Origin: an uncultured Gemmatimonadota bacterium
GTDB taxonomy: Bacteria > JAAXHH01 > JABIQT01
Length of the DNA stretch: 64,000 nt
NCBI GenBank assembly: GCA_964470965.1
Contig: CAYYIS010000010.1
Location: forward strand, 25,581 to 89,580
Direction of reading: 5' to 3'
Below, piece by piece: positions 1 to 10,211 of this stretch (position 1 is the first letter of the stretch; every line of letters starts with the position of its first letter). The notes beneath the pieces were generated by a model. The model made no database searches and was not told the DNA's origin. It was given only the letters and a program-made list of their open reading frames with translations. A program made the translations under genes and the position numbers.

Positions 1-84
1 TGAAATCCAAGTCGATCACGCCTCTGGGATGCAGAAACAATTCGTGCTTTCTGATTATGTACGATTCGTTTTTACGGACTCTTA

Positions 85-3000
85 TCAGAAATCTGCGCCG
101 ATCGTAAAGAAGAATTTGGTTTCATCCAGTGATTCACGGAGACGATAGGACCTGGTACCTGCAAATTCGGATTCTAGACCAGTCGGAACACCAGAGATGT
201 TCTCGTTGTTGAACCATCCCGGCCGGTTGCCAAGGTCTATTTGCTTGGCGATGTCGAATTTCAAAATCAGAAACCCGAGCCTGGAGCGAATTCCTAAACC
301 GTATGCCATAGCCACCGAACCTCCGGCCACTTCTTCGATCGTACTGGGACCAATCAAACCGTTAGGGCGTACCAGCTGCTCGCCGACGAGTGTGCCGGCA
401 TTGGGATAACCGCTGTAGGCACCGGCCTGCAGGACGCTGGTCTGCTGATCCCATACGCCACCGACATCCAGGAATAAAGAGCCGCGTACCTGCTGGAATA
501 CCACCTGCAGCGGCCAGCCCGTAGCCAGAACATCAATCAGTGGGAACCGGAATTCGGCGTTGAGCATCGCCATTTTGCTACCCCAGGCGGACCAAAATCC
601 CAGTCCTCGGAAATCATACGGACCGCCGAACGGAACCAACTCCTGGTCCCGTCCTTCGCTTATCATGCCATAACCGCGAAACGCGAAGGAATAACGTTGC
701 ATCACGTTGAAATATTTACGATAATCGGCCAGGAAGCGTGTGAACTGCAGGCCTCCGATGGACGGCGTTACCTCAAGGCGGCCGCGTGCGCCGGCGATAG
801 GTCCGGTCACGCCATAGATCACATTATCGGTGACAATAGCGGCAATCGGTGAGAAGAAACTGACACTGCCAAGGTCACCAACAGTTTCTCGTCTGATGCC
901 GAAGAATTGATTGGTCGAGATCTCCACAAGCTTCCGGGATCGGTTGACGCCCTGGACCGCGAACTCAAACCGGTTGAACTTACTGAACGGGCGGCTGATA
1001 AATACCTGAACTCCCCGATTAATTTGGGTCTGTGTCTGCGCGAGAATCGGGCTCTGAAACGTGTATAGCTGATCGAACCGATACTGGAACAGGGCAAACC
1101 CGTAGTTGGTACGCCGTGAGAGGTTCGTGTACTGGAACAGGGCATCCGCTTCGGTTATGGAACCGAAAACACTGGCACCGAAAACTATGTTGTGGTTGCC
1201 AAGCACATCGCTGAACGACAGCAACGATTGGCCCATAAAACCCACGCTACTTGCGTAGCCGGCACTGCCACCGATGAAGTCCAATGTAAATTTGGGGGAA
1301 TAAGGTTTGGTTTTGAATGTTCCGTCGGACCACACGGAGGTATCCGGCAGTTCAGGAACCTGGCCCGGCTGCTCTGCCTCTGAAAGATCGGTCAAGTCTG
1401 GTGACGGCTCGACGGCAAATCCAGTATCGGGCGAAGACGCTTGTGCGTCTATTCCATCCATGTCCGCCAATTCGGTTGCGGCGGTATCCGGTGCGGTGTC
1501 GGTCAGCTGCCTCGGCGCCATCCGAATGGCGGGTGCAAGTTGCATCGGAGGCCCCAGTCTGACTGCCGCATCGCTTTTATTCTCATAAGGCTCTTTCATA
1601 AGGCGCGCCGGATCGCTGATACCGAAGATCTCCCAGCCACCCATGGAAAACGCATTAAAGATCAGCCGGTTGCTTTTGTGCGCCCAACTGATCGCCGGAC
1701 CTGCCGCTGTGATATTGGTCACGCCGGTCAGGATGTTCGTTATCTGGTAGGTCTGGCGCTCTTGTAAATCTATAATAAAAATATTTGAGATACCGGTGCG
1801 ATCGGAGATGAATGCGAGTTTTTTCCCATCACTGGACCACTGGGGCGAAATGCTCTTGCCGTACTGTCCAGGCAACATCTCGATTTCACCGGTTTCAAGG
1901 TCATAGAGCCCCAGTTGTTGATGTGCGAACGTAAGGGTTTCAAAACTGGTCACCGAACTGCGATCGGTCGAAATAGCTATTGTTTTTCCGTCCGGTGACC
2001 AGACTGGATCTCGGTCCGTGTAACGATCTTTTGTCAGCGCTGTGAGGTTTTTACCGGTGACATCTATCGTATAGATATCTGACTGGCCACCCAGCAGGCC
2101 CACGAACACAATCTGTCGGCCGTCCGGTGACCAGCTAGGCGACTGCACACCGTCCAGGTTGACTTTGATTCTACGGACGACCTTCTTCTTTCGCACGTCC
2201 AGGATGTAGATTGCGTCCTTTGCACCTATCTTTGCCGGGAATGCGATAAACTGTTCATTGGGTGACCAGGAAATAGCAGTCGTGAAAAAACGGAGAGACT
2301 CAAATTCCCCGGTTCGCTCACCTTCAAGCAGTTTGGATATCACCCGTCCGTCGATCGCTGAAGCGAGGTAGATATCGTTATACAGACTCTGGTTAGAGAT
2401 GTACACCATCTTATCGCCCCTTGGCGAGATGGCGGCTGCCAGATGAAAACTGGCTTTGTCATTCTGAATATCTGTCAGTTGACGGGAAAAAGATTCAGGT
2501 TTTTCGTAATCTTTGATCTGAGGCAGATACGCGCGGCGGACGTGCTCGGTCCAATCGTCGGACAGTTCTTCGGTATTTTTGCCGATGGATGATTTGAACG
2601 CATCGTCCAGACTATTCAAACGCCCAGTTTTGCGGAGGAGCTCACCTACCTTTTCATCTCCGTACCGTTCACCGATGTAGGAGAACAGCCCCTGCCCGAA
2701 CCGGTATAGACCGAAGCTAAAATCCATGAACATGATGGGCGGGAGATAGCCCTGCAGAGCGGCGTCTCTAAGCCACATGTCCGTATGTTCGTCGATACGC
2801 CCGAGAGAGAGATACTCAGCCATACCCTCCATAAACCAGAGGGGCGGGGCAAACGCCATAGGGTTGAGCATGGAGGCGCTCGGTCCTGAGCCGAAAAGAA
2901 TATCACCCTGGAATGCGTGAACCAGCTCATGGGTCAACACATGCTCCAGTTCAGCGTAGGAACCGGTGAAGGGTAAGATTACCCGGTTCTTCATGAATTC

Positions 3001-3345
3001 AGTGACACCGCCGGTACCCTCGCCGAGAAAGGTCTGGAGAACGTTAGTTTGCTGGAAATCCGTGTGGGAGGCGTAAAGGATTAGAGGAATCGGATCGCTG
3101 AACCGATGACGCAGGATACGACTCAAACGGGCATAGGATCGTTCGGCCATGCGCGCCGCATCCCGGGCGGTCTCTTCCTCACCGTCGTAGTAATAAATCT
3201 CGAAGTGAGGGGTAGTCATAATCTGCCAGCGAAAATTTCTATACTGAACTTTATTCTGTCCGAAATAATCCTGTTGTGCAGACACCGCAAGGGGATATCC
3301 CGCAAGTAAAAAACATGCGAGGACATACCGGAACATGCGTGCCAT
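85..3345 (-). CDS. Outer-membrane fusion protein: signal peptide, HExxH (HELVH) peptidase-like N-domain, TolB/PD40 beta-propeller repeats, acidic linker, Omp85 (surface antigen D15)-like C-terminal beta-barrel. The longest ORF runs to 3456; the likely start is 3345, with SD aggagg.
   Basis: MARMFRYVLACFLLAGYPLAVSA signal; HELVHAFQGD; repeated SWSPDG/SWSPNE/VWSPDG PD40 motifs; C-terminus KFFFTIGADF resembles the BamA/TamA FxFxIGxxF barrel end. Confidence 0.6.
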   Translation of the reverse strand: MARMFRYVLACFLLAGYPLAVSAQQDYFGQNKVQYRNFRWQIMTTPHFEIYYYDGEEETARDAARMAERSYARLSRILRHRFSDPIPLILYASHTDFQQTNVLQTFLGEGTGGVTEFMKNRVILPFTGSYAELEHVLTHELVHAFQGDILFGSGPSASMLNPMAFAPPLWFMEGMAEYLSLGRIDEHTDMWLRDAALQGYLPPIMFMDFSFGLYRFGQGLFSYIGERYGDEKVGELLRKTGRLNSLDDAFKSSIGKNTEELSDDWTEHVRRAYLPQIKDYEKPESFSRQLTDIQNDKASFHLAAAISPRGDKMVYISNQSLYNDIYLASAIDGRVISKLLEGERTGEFESLRFFTTAISWSPNEQFIAFPAKIGAKDAIYILDVRKKKVVRRIKVNLDGVQSPSWSPDGRQIVFVGLLGGQSDIYTIDVTGKNLTALTKDRYTDRDPVWSPDGKTIAISTDRSSVTSFETLTFAHQQLGLYDLETGEIEMLPGQYGKSISPQWSSDGKKLAFISDRTGISNIFIIDLQERQTYQITNILTGVTNITAAGPAISWAHKSNRLIFNAFSMGGWEIFGISDPARLMKEPYENKSDAAVRLGPPMQLAPAIRMAPRQLTDTAPDTAATELADMDGIDAQASSPDTGFAVEPSPDLTDLSEAEQPGQVPELPDTSVWSDGTFKTKPYSPKFTLDFIGGSAGYASSVGFMGQSLLSFSDVLGNHNIVFGASVFGSITEADALFQYTNLSRRTNYGFALFQYRFDQLYTFQSPILAQTQTQINRGVQVFISRPFSKFNRFEFAVQGVNRSRKLVEISTNQFFGIRRETVGDLGSVSFFSPIAAIVTDNVIYGVTGPIAGARGRLEVTPSIGGLQFTRFLADYRKYFNVMQRYSFAFRGYGMISEGRDQELVPFGGPYDFRGLGFWSAWGSKMAMLNAEFRFPLIDVLATGWPLQVVFQQVRGSLFLDVGGVWDQQTSVLQAGAYSGYPNAGTLVGEQLVRPNGLIGPSTIEEVAGGSVAMAYGLGIRSRLGFLILKFDIAKQIDLGNRPGWFNNENISGVPTGLESEFAGTRSYRLRESLDETKFFFTIGADF

Positions 3346-3784
3346 CTGCGACCTCCTTGCCGTATTTGTGTTCTTTAAGAAGACGCGGTTCAGGATAACC
3401 CGCCCGGATTGAAAGCAGAGATACGCACCGACGGTAAAAACCGGTTTGTATCTCAATCTGGCTGTAATCCAGCGGTGAGTGTATCATGGCGCGATGACGC
3501 CCACACCAAAGAGCAAAACCCTCTCATTTTAACGGACCGCACGCCTCAAAGTCAAGAATTTTCTTCATGGGTTTGAACAGTAATTCTTTATTATCTTTCA
3601 CGAAAGATTACCATCAGAATTACCAAGACCGCAGAAACATGATTTGGTTCCTGTGGCAGAGAACAACCCGGTCCGGCATTAAACCATAATAACAATGTTT
3701 TGTGCCGAGTATTGTGCCGATTTAGGAAGCACCTATTCGTTAAACATAAATCCTGGCCGGTTTGTTCCAGATAATTTAGATGTG

Positions 3785-3827
3785 TTGACAGACTGACAGA
3801 GATTGCTGTAAGTTGACCGAAGTCAAC
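3785..3827 (+). promoter_or_regulatory. Putative sigma70-type promoter (TTGACA, about 18 nt, TAAGTT) with a 16-bp palindromic operator gttgaccgaagtcaac overlapping or downstream of the -10, about 40 bp upstream of the 3864 gene.
   Basis: TTGACA at 3785-3790; TAAGTT at 3809-3814; perfect inverted repeat gttgac-cgaa-gtcaac at 3812-3827. Confidence 0.35.
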
Positions 3828-3863
3828 AACTGACGATCTTACCCATACCCATCAGGAGAAGCC

Positions 3864-4298
3864 ATGCAAGGCATTTGGGCAGGCGTATGTATTTTTACCT
3901 GGATAATGGTTGCCCCGCCGGAATCCTTCGGTCAGCCGGACTCGGTCGTCGTAGGCAAGCGTCCAGCGGTTGTAGAACTTCTTCACCTGCCATCTCCGAC
4001 CGGCGCGTTACTCCGATCGACTGCCCTACCGGGATGGGGGCAATTCTACAACAGAAAACCGCTGAAGGGAGGCCTCTTCCTGATCCTCCAGGCGGGCCTG
4101 TTCACCGGAGTTCTGCTGCAAAGGGATCAGGCGCAGTCCGGTGGTCTAACGCCTCTAGGAAATACTATGCTGCTCGGGCTGATCGGCGTCCGGATTTTCA
4201 GTATAGCAGATGCCTATGTGGATGCACACTTTGCGGATTTTGATCACATGACGGGGAGAAATACAGGCGTGGTCTTAGGTTTACGGGCGAAATGGTGA
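3864..4298 (+). CDS. Small membrane or secreted protein of a PG(W/L/A)GQxY-motif family (DUF5683-like). Two paralogs lie at 37.2-38.6 kb.
   Basis: Motif LPGWGQFYNRKP; hydrophobic segments; SD aggaga 6 nt upstream of the ATG. Confidence 0.5.
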   Translation: MQGIWAGVCIFTWIMVAPPESFGQPDSVVVGKRPAVVELLHLPSPTGALLRSTALPGWGQFYNRKPLKGGLFLILQAGLFTGVLLQRDQAQSGGLTPLGNTMLLGLIGVRIFSIADAYVDAHFADFDHMTGRNTGVVLGLRAKW

Positions 4299-4303
4299 GG
4301 ATG

Positions 4304-5305
4304 TCAGACGAGCGGTGCCCGGGGATCGGCCGCCAATGAAAGCGGTGACGCATGGCCCTGCGAAAAATGGAAGGATCCGGCAGAGGCGATCATGGCACCG
4401 TTATCCGTGCACAGAACAGGTGATGGATAGGTCACCGTCATGCCATGAGCACCTGCGGTTTCTGCCATCAATGTCCTTAACCGGCTGTTGCATGCCACGC
4501 CACCGGTGATCAGAATGCGGTCGAGCCCGAGGCGCTGGCTCGCCTGAACCGTTTTGTTGACCAGTACTTCCACCACTGCTTCCTGGAAACTCGCAGCGAT
4601 ATGGGAGACGTCACGGGAGTTTTCCTCCGGAGTACGCTTTTTTAGATAGTTTCGCACCGCCGTCTTGATACCGCTGAAACTGAACTCCGAACCGTCCCTA
4701 TCCAGGTAGACCCTCGGAAAATCTACAAAACCGGCATCCCCGGTGGTAGCGGCGCGGTCTATAGCCGGTCCGCCAGGGTAGCCTATATCCATCATCTTGG
4801 CCACCTTGTCGAACGCTTCACCCGCCGCATCATCCCTTGTTTTGCCTATCATCACGTACGCGCCCCAATCTTGGATGTGCACCAATTGTGTGTGGCCTCC
4901 CGACACAATCAGCGCCATGAACGGCGGCGCCATATCCGGATCTGCCAGCCGTCCTGCAAAAATATGTCCCTCCATGTGATTCACGCCAACAAGCGGCTTC
5001 TGCAACCCCATGGCCATTGATTTCGCCACACTAAGGCCAATTAGGAGGGAACCGACGAGCCCCGGCCCCCTTGTCACCGCGATAGCGTCCAGATCCGGAA
5101 GACGGCATCCGGCGGTCTGCAGGGCGGATTCGATGGCCGGCAGCAGCAACGTCAAATGGGCCCGGGACGCCAGCTCAGGCACCACTCCGCCGTAATCAAG
5201 ATGAATTCCCTGGGAGGAGATGACATTCGCCAGAATGGTAGTGGTGTCCTGCACAACCGCTACGGATGTGTCGTCACAGGACGTATCGATACCAAGTATC
5301 AGCAT
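4304..5305 (-). CDS. tsaD: tRNA N6-adenosine threonylcarbamoyltransferase TsaD (Kae1/Gcp family)
   Basis: N-terminus MLILGIDTSCDDTSVAVV; conserved HMEGH metal-binding motif; length 333 aa; clustered with tsaB and rimI. Confidence 0.9.
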   Translation of the reverse strand: MLILGIDTSCDDTSVAVVQDTTTILANVISSQGIHLDYGGVVPELASRAHLTLLLPAIESALQTAGCRLPDLDAIAVTRGPGLVGSLLIGLSVAKSMAMGLQKPLVGVNHMEGHIFAGRLADPDMAPPFMALIVSGGHTQLVHIQDWGAYVMIGKTRDDAAGEAFDKVAKMMDIGYPGGPAIDRAATTGDAGFVDFPRVYLDRDGSEFSFSGIKTAVRNYLKKRTPEENSRDVSHIAASFQEAVVEVLVNKTVQASQRLGLDRILITGGVACNSRLRTLMAETAGAHGMTVTYPSPVLCTDNGAMIASAGSFHFSQGHASPLSLAADPRAPLV

Positions 5306-5487
5306 CTGTTATCCTTATCGGCCTATCGTCGCTGGCAGGTCACGCGACGCCCTGGAATACCCTGGAAATGCCCCGCTCCGCATGTCGAAACGCATAATTT
5401 GCGAAGGGTCTGGCCCCCTCGATTCTCCAAGATCCCGGTTGCCAGCACATCGGCCATTCTTATCTCCGGCCGGTAAACGGACTCCGG

Positions 5488-5679
5488 CTATTTGGAGGAC
5501 TGTGTTGTCTGGCGACCGAAACTGATGTCGCCATTATCTATACGAATGTTGAACCCGCAGGACGGATTGGTGCAGATCCATGCTTTGTACATTATGGTGG
5601 CACCGTCACGACCATAATCAGAAAGTGGAACCAGCACACCGGTGGTGCATTTCTGACATTCAGGAAAATTAAACTCCAT
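5488..5679 (-). CDS. Small zinc-ribbon protein of about 63 aa, with an inner start that has a strong SD; CxxC ... CxxxC.
   Basis: PECQKC ... CTNPSC; SD ggagaaggagag immediately upstream of the ATG at 5679. Confidence 0.4.
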   Translation of the reverse strand: MEFNFPECQKCTTGVLVPLSDYGRDGATIMYKAWICTNPSCGFNIRIDNGDISFGRQTTQSSK

Positions 5680-5761
5680 CACAAACTCTCCTTCTCCGAT
5701 CCCTGGCTGATGGCGAGTGTCTGTCGAGACTGTATGAATGAACATGGTTGGGACGCGCCGA

Positions 5762-6217
5762 TCATTTCATCGTTTTTACCATGATGATTGCGTCTTCCCT
5801 GGGATTACGATAATATTGATTTCTGCGGCCTACTCCCAGGTAACCGAGTTGTGTATACAACTGTTTTGCGGCTGTGTTTGAGTCCCGTACTTCCAGGCTC
5901 GAACACGTGCAACCTTGTTCCATGGCGTGGCTCTCTAACCATTCCATCATCATACGGCCGATTCCCTGGCGCCGCGTTTCCGGCGCCACTGCTACATTGC
6001 CGATATGGGCCTCATCGAGCACCAGCCAGGCCACAATATATCCGACGACCGCTTCATCGCGTCGCGCCACGACGGTGAGAGACGGTGGTGAAGCCCCTAG
6101 CGCTTTCGAAAAACTCACACGCGACCACGGATCAGGATAGGAAGCTTGCTCGATACGCAGCACATCGGGCAGATGTTCCGATCGCATTCTTTCGATGACG
6201 ATGGCATCATTCCTCAT
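5762..6217 (-). CDS. rimI: Ribosomal-protein-alanine N-acetyltransferase (GNAT) RimI
   Basis: GNAT acetyl-CoA motif region (RRQGIGRMMM); 4-bp overlap with the upstream tsaB; canonical tsaB-rimI-tsaD synteny. Confidence 0.8.
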   Translation of the reverse strand: MRNDAIVIERMRSEHLPDVLRIEQASYPDPWSRVSFSKALGASPPSLTVVARRDEAVVGYIVAWLVLDEAHIGNVAVAPETRRQGIGRMMMEWLESHAMEQGCTCSSLEVRDSNTAAKQLYTQLGYLGVGRRNQYYRNPREDAIIMVKTMK

Positions 6218-6924
6218 GTCGCCAAGTGGGGGGCACCCGCAACCGGGCGTGCCGGCGGCCGGGCGAAATTAGGACTTCGGATATACATTGGTTCCACTTC
6301 ATACAGGGACGTCTGCTCACCTCGGTGCATCGTTTTCCGGCCGAGAAAAGCGACAGAGGCCGCTCGGAGCGAGGACTCGGATGGTAGAAAAAGTGCATTG
6401 TTGCCCAAGGCCTGGTTTATCGTCGTTTGATATTTTCTGGCGCCCGGCCCTGCAAATACAACCGGTTCAATAACAGACTCCATCAGACTGTCGAGCGTGG
6501 TTGCCTGATAGGGCGTACGGCGTTCCGGCTCGCCGCTTGATGTGTCGTACCCGGCGGTATAGATCTTCTGTCTTCCGGCATCAAGGACCGCTTGGACCGG
6601 ATACTTGCTGAAAGACGAGCAGAGAGCGATTGTATCGAGTGTGGGAACGGCCACGAGTGGTTTGCCGGCAGTAAAGGCCAATCCCTTCGCGAGACTCAAC
6701 CCAACACGCAAGCCAGTATAGGAGCCGGGGCCGATCGAAACCGCAAAGCCGTCCACCTGATCGAACGGCACATCCGCGTCATTCAGCGCCCGCTCCAACA
6801 TGACGGGCAACTGTTCGGCATAGACCGTTCCGACCTGAAGCGAAGACTCCACCAGAACCCGATCCTCATCCGTGACCGCGATTCCAGCCACAAAGGAAGA
6901 GGTTTCAAGAGCTACGAGAATCAT
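6214..6924 (-). CDS. tsaB: tRNA threonylcarbamoyladenosine biosynthesis protein TsaB (YeaZ)
   Basis: N-terminus MILVALETSSFVAGIAV; about 236 aa; synteny. Confidence 0.85.
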   Translation of the reverse strand: MILVALETSSFVAGIAVTDEDRVLVESSLQVGTVYAEQLPVMLERALNDADVPFDQVDGFAVSIGPGSYTGLRVGLSLAKGLAFTAGKPLVAVPTLDTIALCSSFSKYPVQAVLDAGRQKIYTAGYDTSSGEPERRTPYQATTLDSLMESVIEPVVFAGPGARKYQTTINQALGNNALFLPSESSLRAASVAFLGRKTMHRGEQTSLYEVEPMYIRSPNFARPPARPVAGAPHLAT

Positions 6925-7674
6925 TGGGACAACCTTTCAGAACGGTAACAGCGATAAATGCCCACGAAATATACGGAGCAGGTTTCAGTAAGACAAGGGG
7001 AATCAGCCGTTTTTACCAGGTCTGGAATCACCAGCAAAACGTATCCTTGTATTCACCTCGCCCTATCGGTCCGAACAGTTCAAACTGGGGCTGGATAAAG
7101 CCTCTGTTATCGAGGGAGAAGAAGGTCAGTGCATTCGATGAGAAATATCCCACCCAGGTGACGCCGGCAGACAAGTGGTCCTGAATGGATCAAACCGGCA
7201 TACCTGATTGTGTCAGGCTCACATGTAACTGCGTGGATCTGTGGCCTTTTAGCTTCGCTTTACGTGAAGATGTCGACCGTAAACTGATTGATGATATTGT
7301 CGGTCAAGCCCTGGTCTACATTAGGTCGGTTTAATAGTCGGTGCGAAAAACCACCAATGCCCGGGATCGTGTTTGTTGCCAGAATCAGAATTTGGCTCGG
7401 ATGTTTCCGAGGGACACCGAGGGCGCTGATGGGAATAGGGGCCTGAGCTTTATCCGTCTTTCTGATGAGTCACTCTTTGCATTTTTCAAGGTCAAAAAAT
7501 AGGTGGATATATCATAAAGAGCTCCGGGGCGCCCTCCCGGCAAATGCAGCCGCGAGGTCGCACACATGGTATGCGACCGCAACGGCGGCTCCAGCCTGTT
7601 TTTAAACGCCCTTTCCTTTCTGAAGTGGAAGAGGCGCGTAGAAATATTTGGGAAATCAAACATGGTCTCACGTG

Positions 7675-7962
7675 TCAAAACCGCAGGATGGAAAGCAGCA
7701 ACGAACCTGCGAGCATGGCGAGCAGAGGTGAAAGGTCGACCCGGCCGCCGATTGGGGGGATGAGACGGCGAAACGGCATCAGTGCCGGTTCTGTCAGCCA
7801 GTTCAGAATACGCACGAGCGGTGCCTCTGGGTCCGGCTTAGTCCAGGATAACACCGCGCGGATTACGATAAGCAATAGGTATATGCGTATCAACTGGATT
7901 ATGATCATGGATCTTTTCTCAAAGGCCCGTTGGAAAGCTGCTGTTTTTTGAAGGTAAGGCAC
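7675..7962 (-). CDS. YggT family small membrane protein
   Basis: VDLSPLLAML motif and two hydrophobic helices typical of YggT. The start may be an internal Met. Confidence 0.65.
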   Translation of the reverse strand: MPYLQKTAAFQRAFEKRSMIIIQLIRIYLLLIVIRAVLSWTKPDPEAPLVRILNWLTEPALMPFRRLIPPIGGRVDLSPLLAMLAGSLLLSILRF

Positions 7963-7985
7963 CCCGTTCTTGCCGAGGCATTGGC

Positions 7986-8606
7986 TTAAAGCCCACCCTC
8001 GTCAAAAATCTGCCTGAGGCCGGTTGCTACAAATTGTGGCTCATCTGCGTGACGGAACCGGTAGCGGAGTTTGCCGCGGTGATCGATCAGGTACAGCCAG
8101 GTGGAATGGTTCATCAGGTACCCGGCGGCCGTTTCACCTTCCACTTTCTCGTAAGATGCGCCATATTGCATCACTACTCCGTCGATCTCATCCGGCGTAC
8201 CCGTAAGCCCGAGCACATCGATAGTAGAGAAATACTGCAAATACTCCTTCATCTGCTCCGGCGAGTCTCGGCCCGGATCGATGGTGATGTAAAGGGTGCG
8301 GATTTCCTGGTCATCCTTTAAATCCGCCATCTCGAACACGGTGGTAAGTTTGGACATCAATGTCGGGCAGGCATCGGGACAAAATGTATAACCGAAAAAT
8401 ATCAGAAACACGGTGCCCCGATTATCATGGAGATTGAACGGTAGTCCGTTATGGTCCGTAAGCGTGAAGTCGCCACCGAAATCCCCGTAGTCCTGGAATG
8501 CGGGGATATCCGCGGAGGGAACGATCGCCGGCGATTCGGGTTCAGGGCCGCACCCGAAAGCGACAGCGAGGAGCAGGCCCAAAAGACTACAACGCATGGG
8601 AGACAT
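7986..8606 (-). CDS. SCO1/SenC copper chaperone (thioredoxin fold)
   Basis: CPDACP CxxxC motif; lipoprotein-like signal; about 200 aa. Confidence 0.85.
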   Translation of the reverse strand: MSPMRCSLLGLLLAVAFGCGPEPESPAIVPSADIPAFQDYGDFGGDFTLTDHNGLPFNLHDNRGTVFLIFFGYTFCPDACPTLMSKLTTVFEMADLKDDQEIRTLYITIDPGRDSPEQMKEYLQYFSTIDVLGLTGTPDEIDGVVMQYGASYEKVEGETAAGYLMNHSTWLYLIDHRGKLRYRFRHADEPQFVATGLRQIFDEGGL

Positions 8607-8611
8607 AGGGG

Positions 8612-9097
8612 CTATTCCCCTGAAGCCGGTTGCGTGGTGGCCCCGGCCGAGTTTTCGGATTTCCTGACAAACGCCTTGGCTATCCGGGTTGTCTGATCTT
8701 TGAAATACAGGATCAGAAACACACTGTCGTCTTCCGCGGGCTGTGATTTCATGCCGAACAGCATCAGGTGGTATCCACCCGGCTTCAACTCCGCTTTGCT
8801 GCCGCCCGGTATCACGATTTCGGAAACGGGCCGCATTTTCATCATTTCATTTTCGTAGGCCATCTCATGTATCTCGACAGTATCTGCCTCCACTGTCTCC
8901 ACCGCTAAGAGTGCATTGTCCTGCAGGGATTTATTTTCAATTACCATGAACCCGGCGGTCACGTCACTTGACGGCGGCGCGGCCCGTATCCAGGCATCGG
9001 TTATCTGGATCGGATCCCGTTGCTGACAACTGACACCGATCACGACGAGGACCAGTAAAACGCGATAGTCTAAAAGTTTCCATTTCATATCGGCCAT
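8612..9097 (-). CDS. Periplasmic copper chaperone PCu(A)C (DUF461)
   Basis: H(M)x10Mx21HxM-type motifs: IHEMAYENEMMKMRPV and GGYHLMLFG; signal peptide. Confidence 0.75.
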   Translation of the reverse strand: MADMKWKLLDYRVLLVLVVIGVSCQQRDPIQITDAWIRAAPPSSDVTAGFMVIENKSLQDNALLAVETVEADTVEIHEMAYENEMMKMRPVSEIVIPGGSKAELKPGGYHLMLFGMKSQPAEDDSVFLILYFKDQTTRIAKAFVRKSENSAGATTQPASGE

Positions 9098-9103
9098 AGT
9101 AGG

Positions 9104-9592
9104 TTATTTGTCAGAGTCCTGTAGTGCATTGATGTAGTAGGCAATTTTGACACGTTCGTCGCCGTCGATATGGGGAAACGCCGGCATCGCGGACGAGGCG
9201 CCCGCCACACCCCAGTTGATCGTTTTCGCTATTGAGCGTATGGTCCGGCCGTTTTGATAGACCGCCCGATTCCGAAAATCTCCGGGTTGTGGTTTCAATG
9301 TGACTGCCACCGGGCCATCTCCGCGCCCTTCCATGCCATGGCACAACGCGCATCCGTGTTGTCTATACAACACGTGACCTTCCTGGATTAACGCCGCCGT
9401 GGCTCCTGTGGAATCGAGAACCGTCTGGGCATCCGCATCATGCTGAATCCTCCGTGCCAAAACCGACTCGGGCGTAGGGCAGCACGCGCCATCCGTTTCT
9501 ACCACCGGCAGAGGCCGAAGATCCGCGCCTTCGCATGCGAAGTACAGAAGACAAGCAAACGACAACAGAAGAAGTTTGAAATATCTTGACAT
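9104..9592 (-). CDS. Class I monohaem cytochrome c lipoprotein. The true start is likely the internal Met at 9592; the longest ORF extends to 9919 and overlaps vanZ.
   Basis: CALCHGMEG haem-binding site; lipoprotein-like signal LLYFAC. Confidence 0.65.
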   Translation of the reverse strand: MSRYFKLLLLSFACLLYFACEGADLRPLPVVETDGACCPTPESVLARRIQHDADAQTVLDSTGATAALIQEGHVLYRQHGCALCHGMEGRGDGPVAVTLKPQPGDFRNRAVYQNGRTIRSIAKTINWGVAGASSAMPAFPHIDGDERVKIAYYINALQDSDK

Positions 9593-9707
9593 CGGAATCC
9601 ATTCACCGGTGTTTAAACCACAACAAGACGTTCGGGCAAGACAAAATACGCTGCTTTTTCTTGAAGTGTCAAGAGGATAAGAGCAGGCGGCGAAATTCTC
9701 CAGAGAC

Positions 9708-10133
9708 TCAGCCTTTATTTTTACTTCGCTTCCTCCGTACACACATGATACACGCCCCCAGAATGGCGCCGGCAGTGTTTCTGATGATGTCTTCCACTGC
9801 GGGATAGCGCTGCGGCACAAAATATTGATGCGCCTCATCTGATATACCGTACAGAACGGTAGCGGCCAAACCAATCCAGATAGGGTTTTTATGACCCCTG
9901 AAGCGTAGAGCCCGGACAAGCAGGAGCATTAGAATACCAAATTCCGTGACGTGGACGGCGTCTTTGATACGTTGAATATGTATAGGGTCCTTCATGCCTG
10001 AAGCCTGCCGGGTTGCCTCATCCGCTTCGCCTCCCGGAAGAGAGGATCCGATGAATATCAGAAGTGCCCAGAGAAACGGCGGCCACCAGGCTGCCGCGCG
10101 GGATTTGGTGGGTGATGTCATAGAGATCCGCAA
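9708..10133 (-). CDS. VanZ-like family membrane protein
   Basis: SDEAHQYFVPQRY and multiple TM helices typical of VanZ-like proteins. Confidence 0.6.
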   Translation of the reverse strand: MRISMTSPTKSRAAAWWPPFLWALLIFIGSSLPGGEADEATRQASGMKDPIHIQRIKDAVHVTEFGILMLLLVRALRFRGHKNPIWIGLAATVLYGISDEAHQYFVPQRYPAVEDIIRNTAGAILGACIMCVRRKRSKNKG

Positions 10134-10211
10134 TAAAAAACGGAAAGGGAGCCATGCAGATAAACAGTCTCCCTTTCCGTTCTATTTACAACTGGCCGCC
10201 ATGTGTAGGTT

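Noticed and set aside
9593-9919. N-terminal 109-aa extension of the cytochrome c ORF (9104-9919)
   Set aside because: The extension overlaps the vanZ-like gene, is Cys/Ser-rich without structure, and precedes an internal Met followed by a perfect lipoprotein signal. The true start is at 9592.
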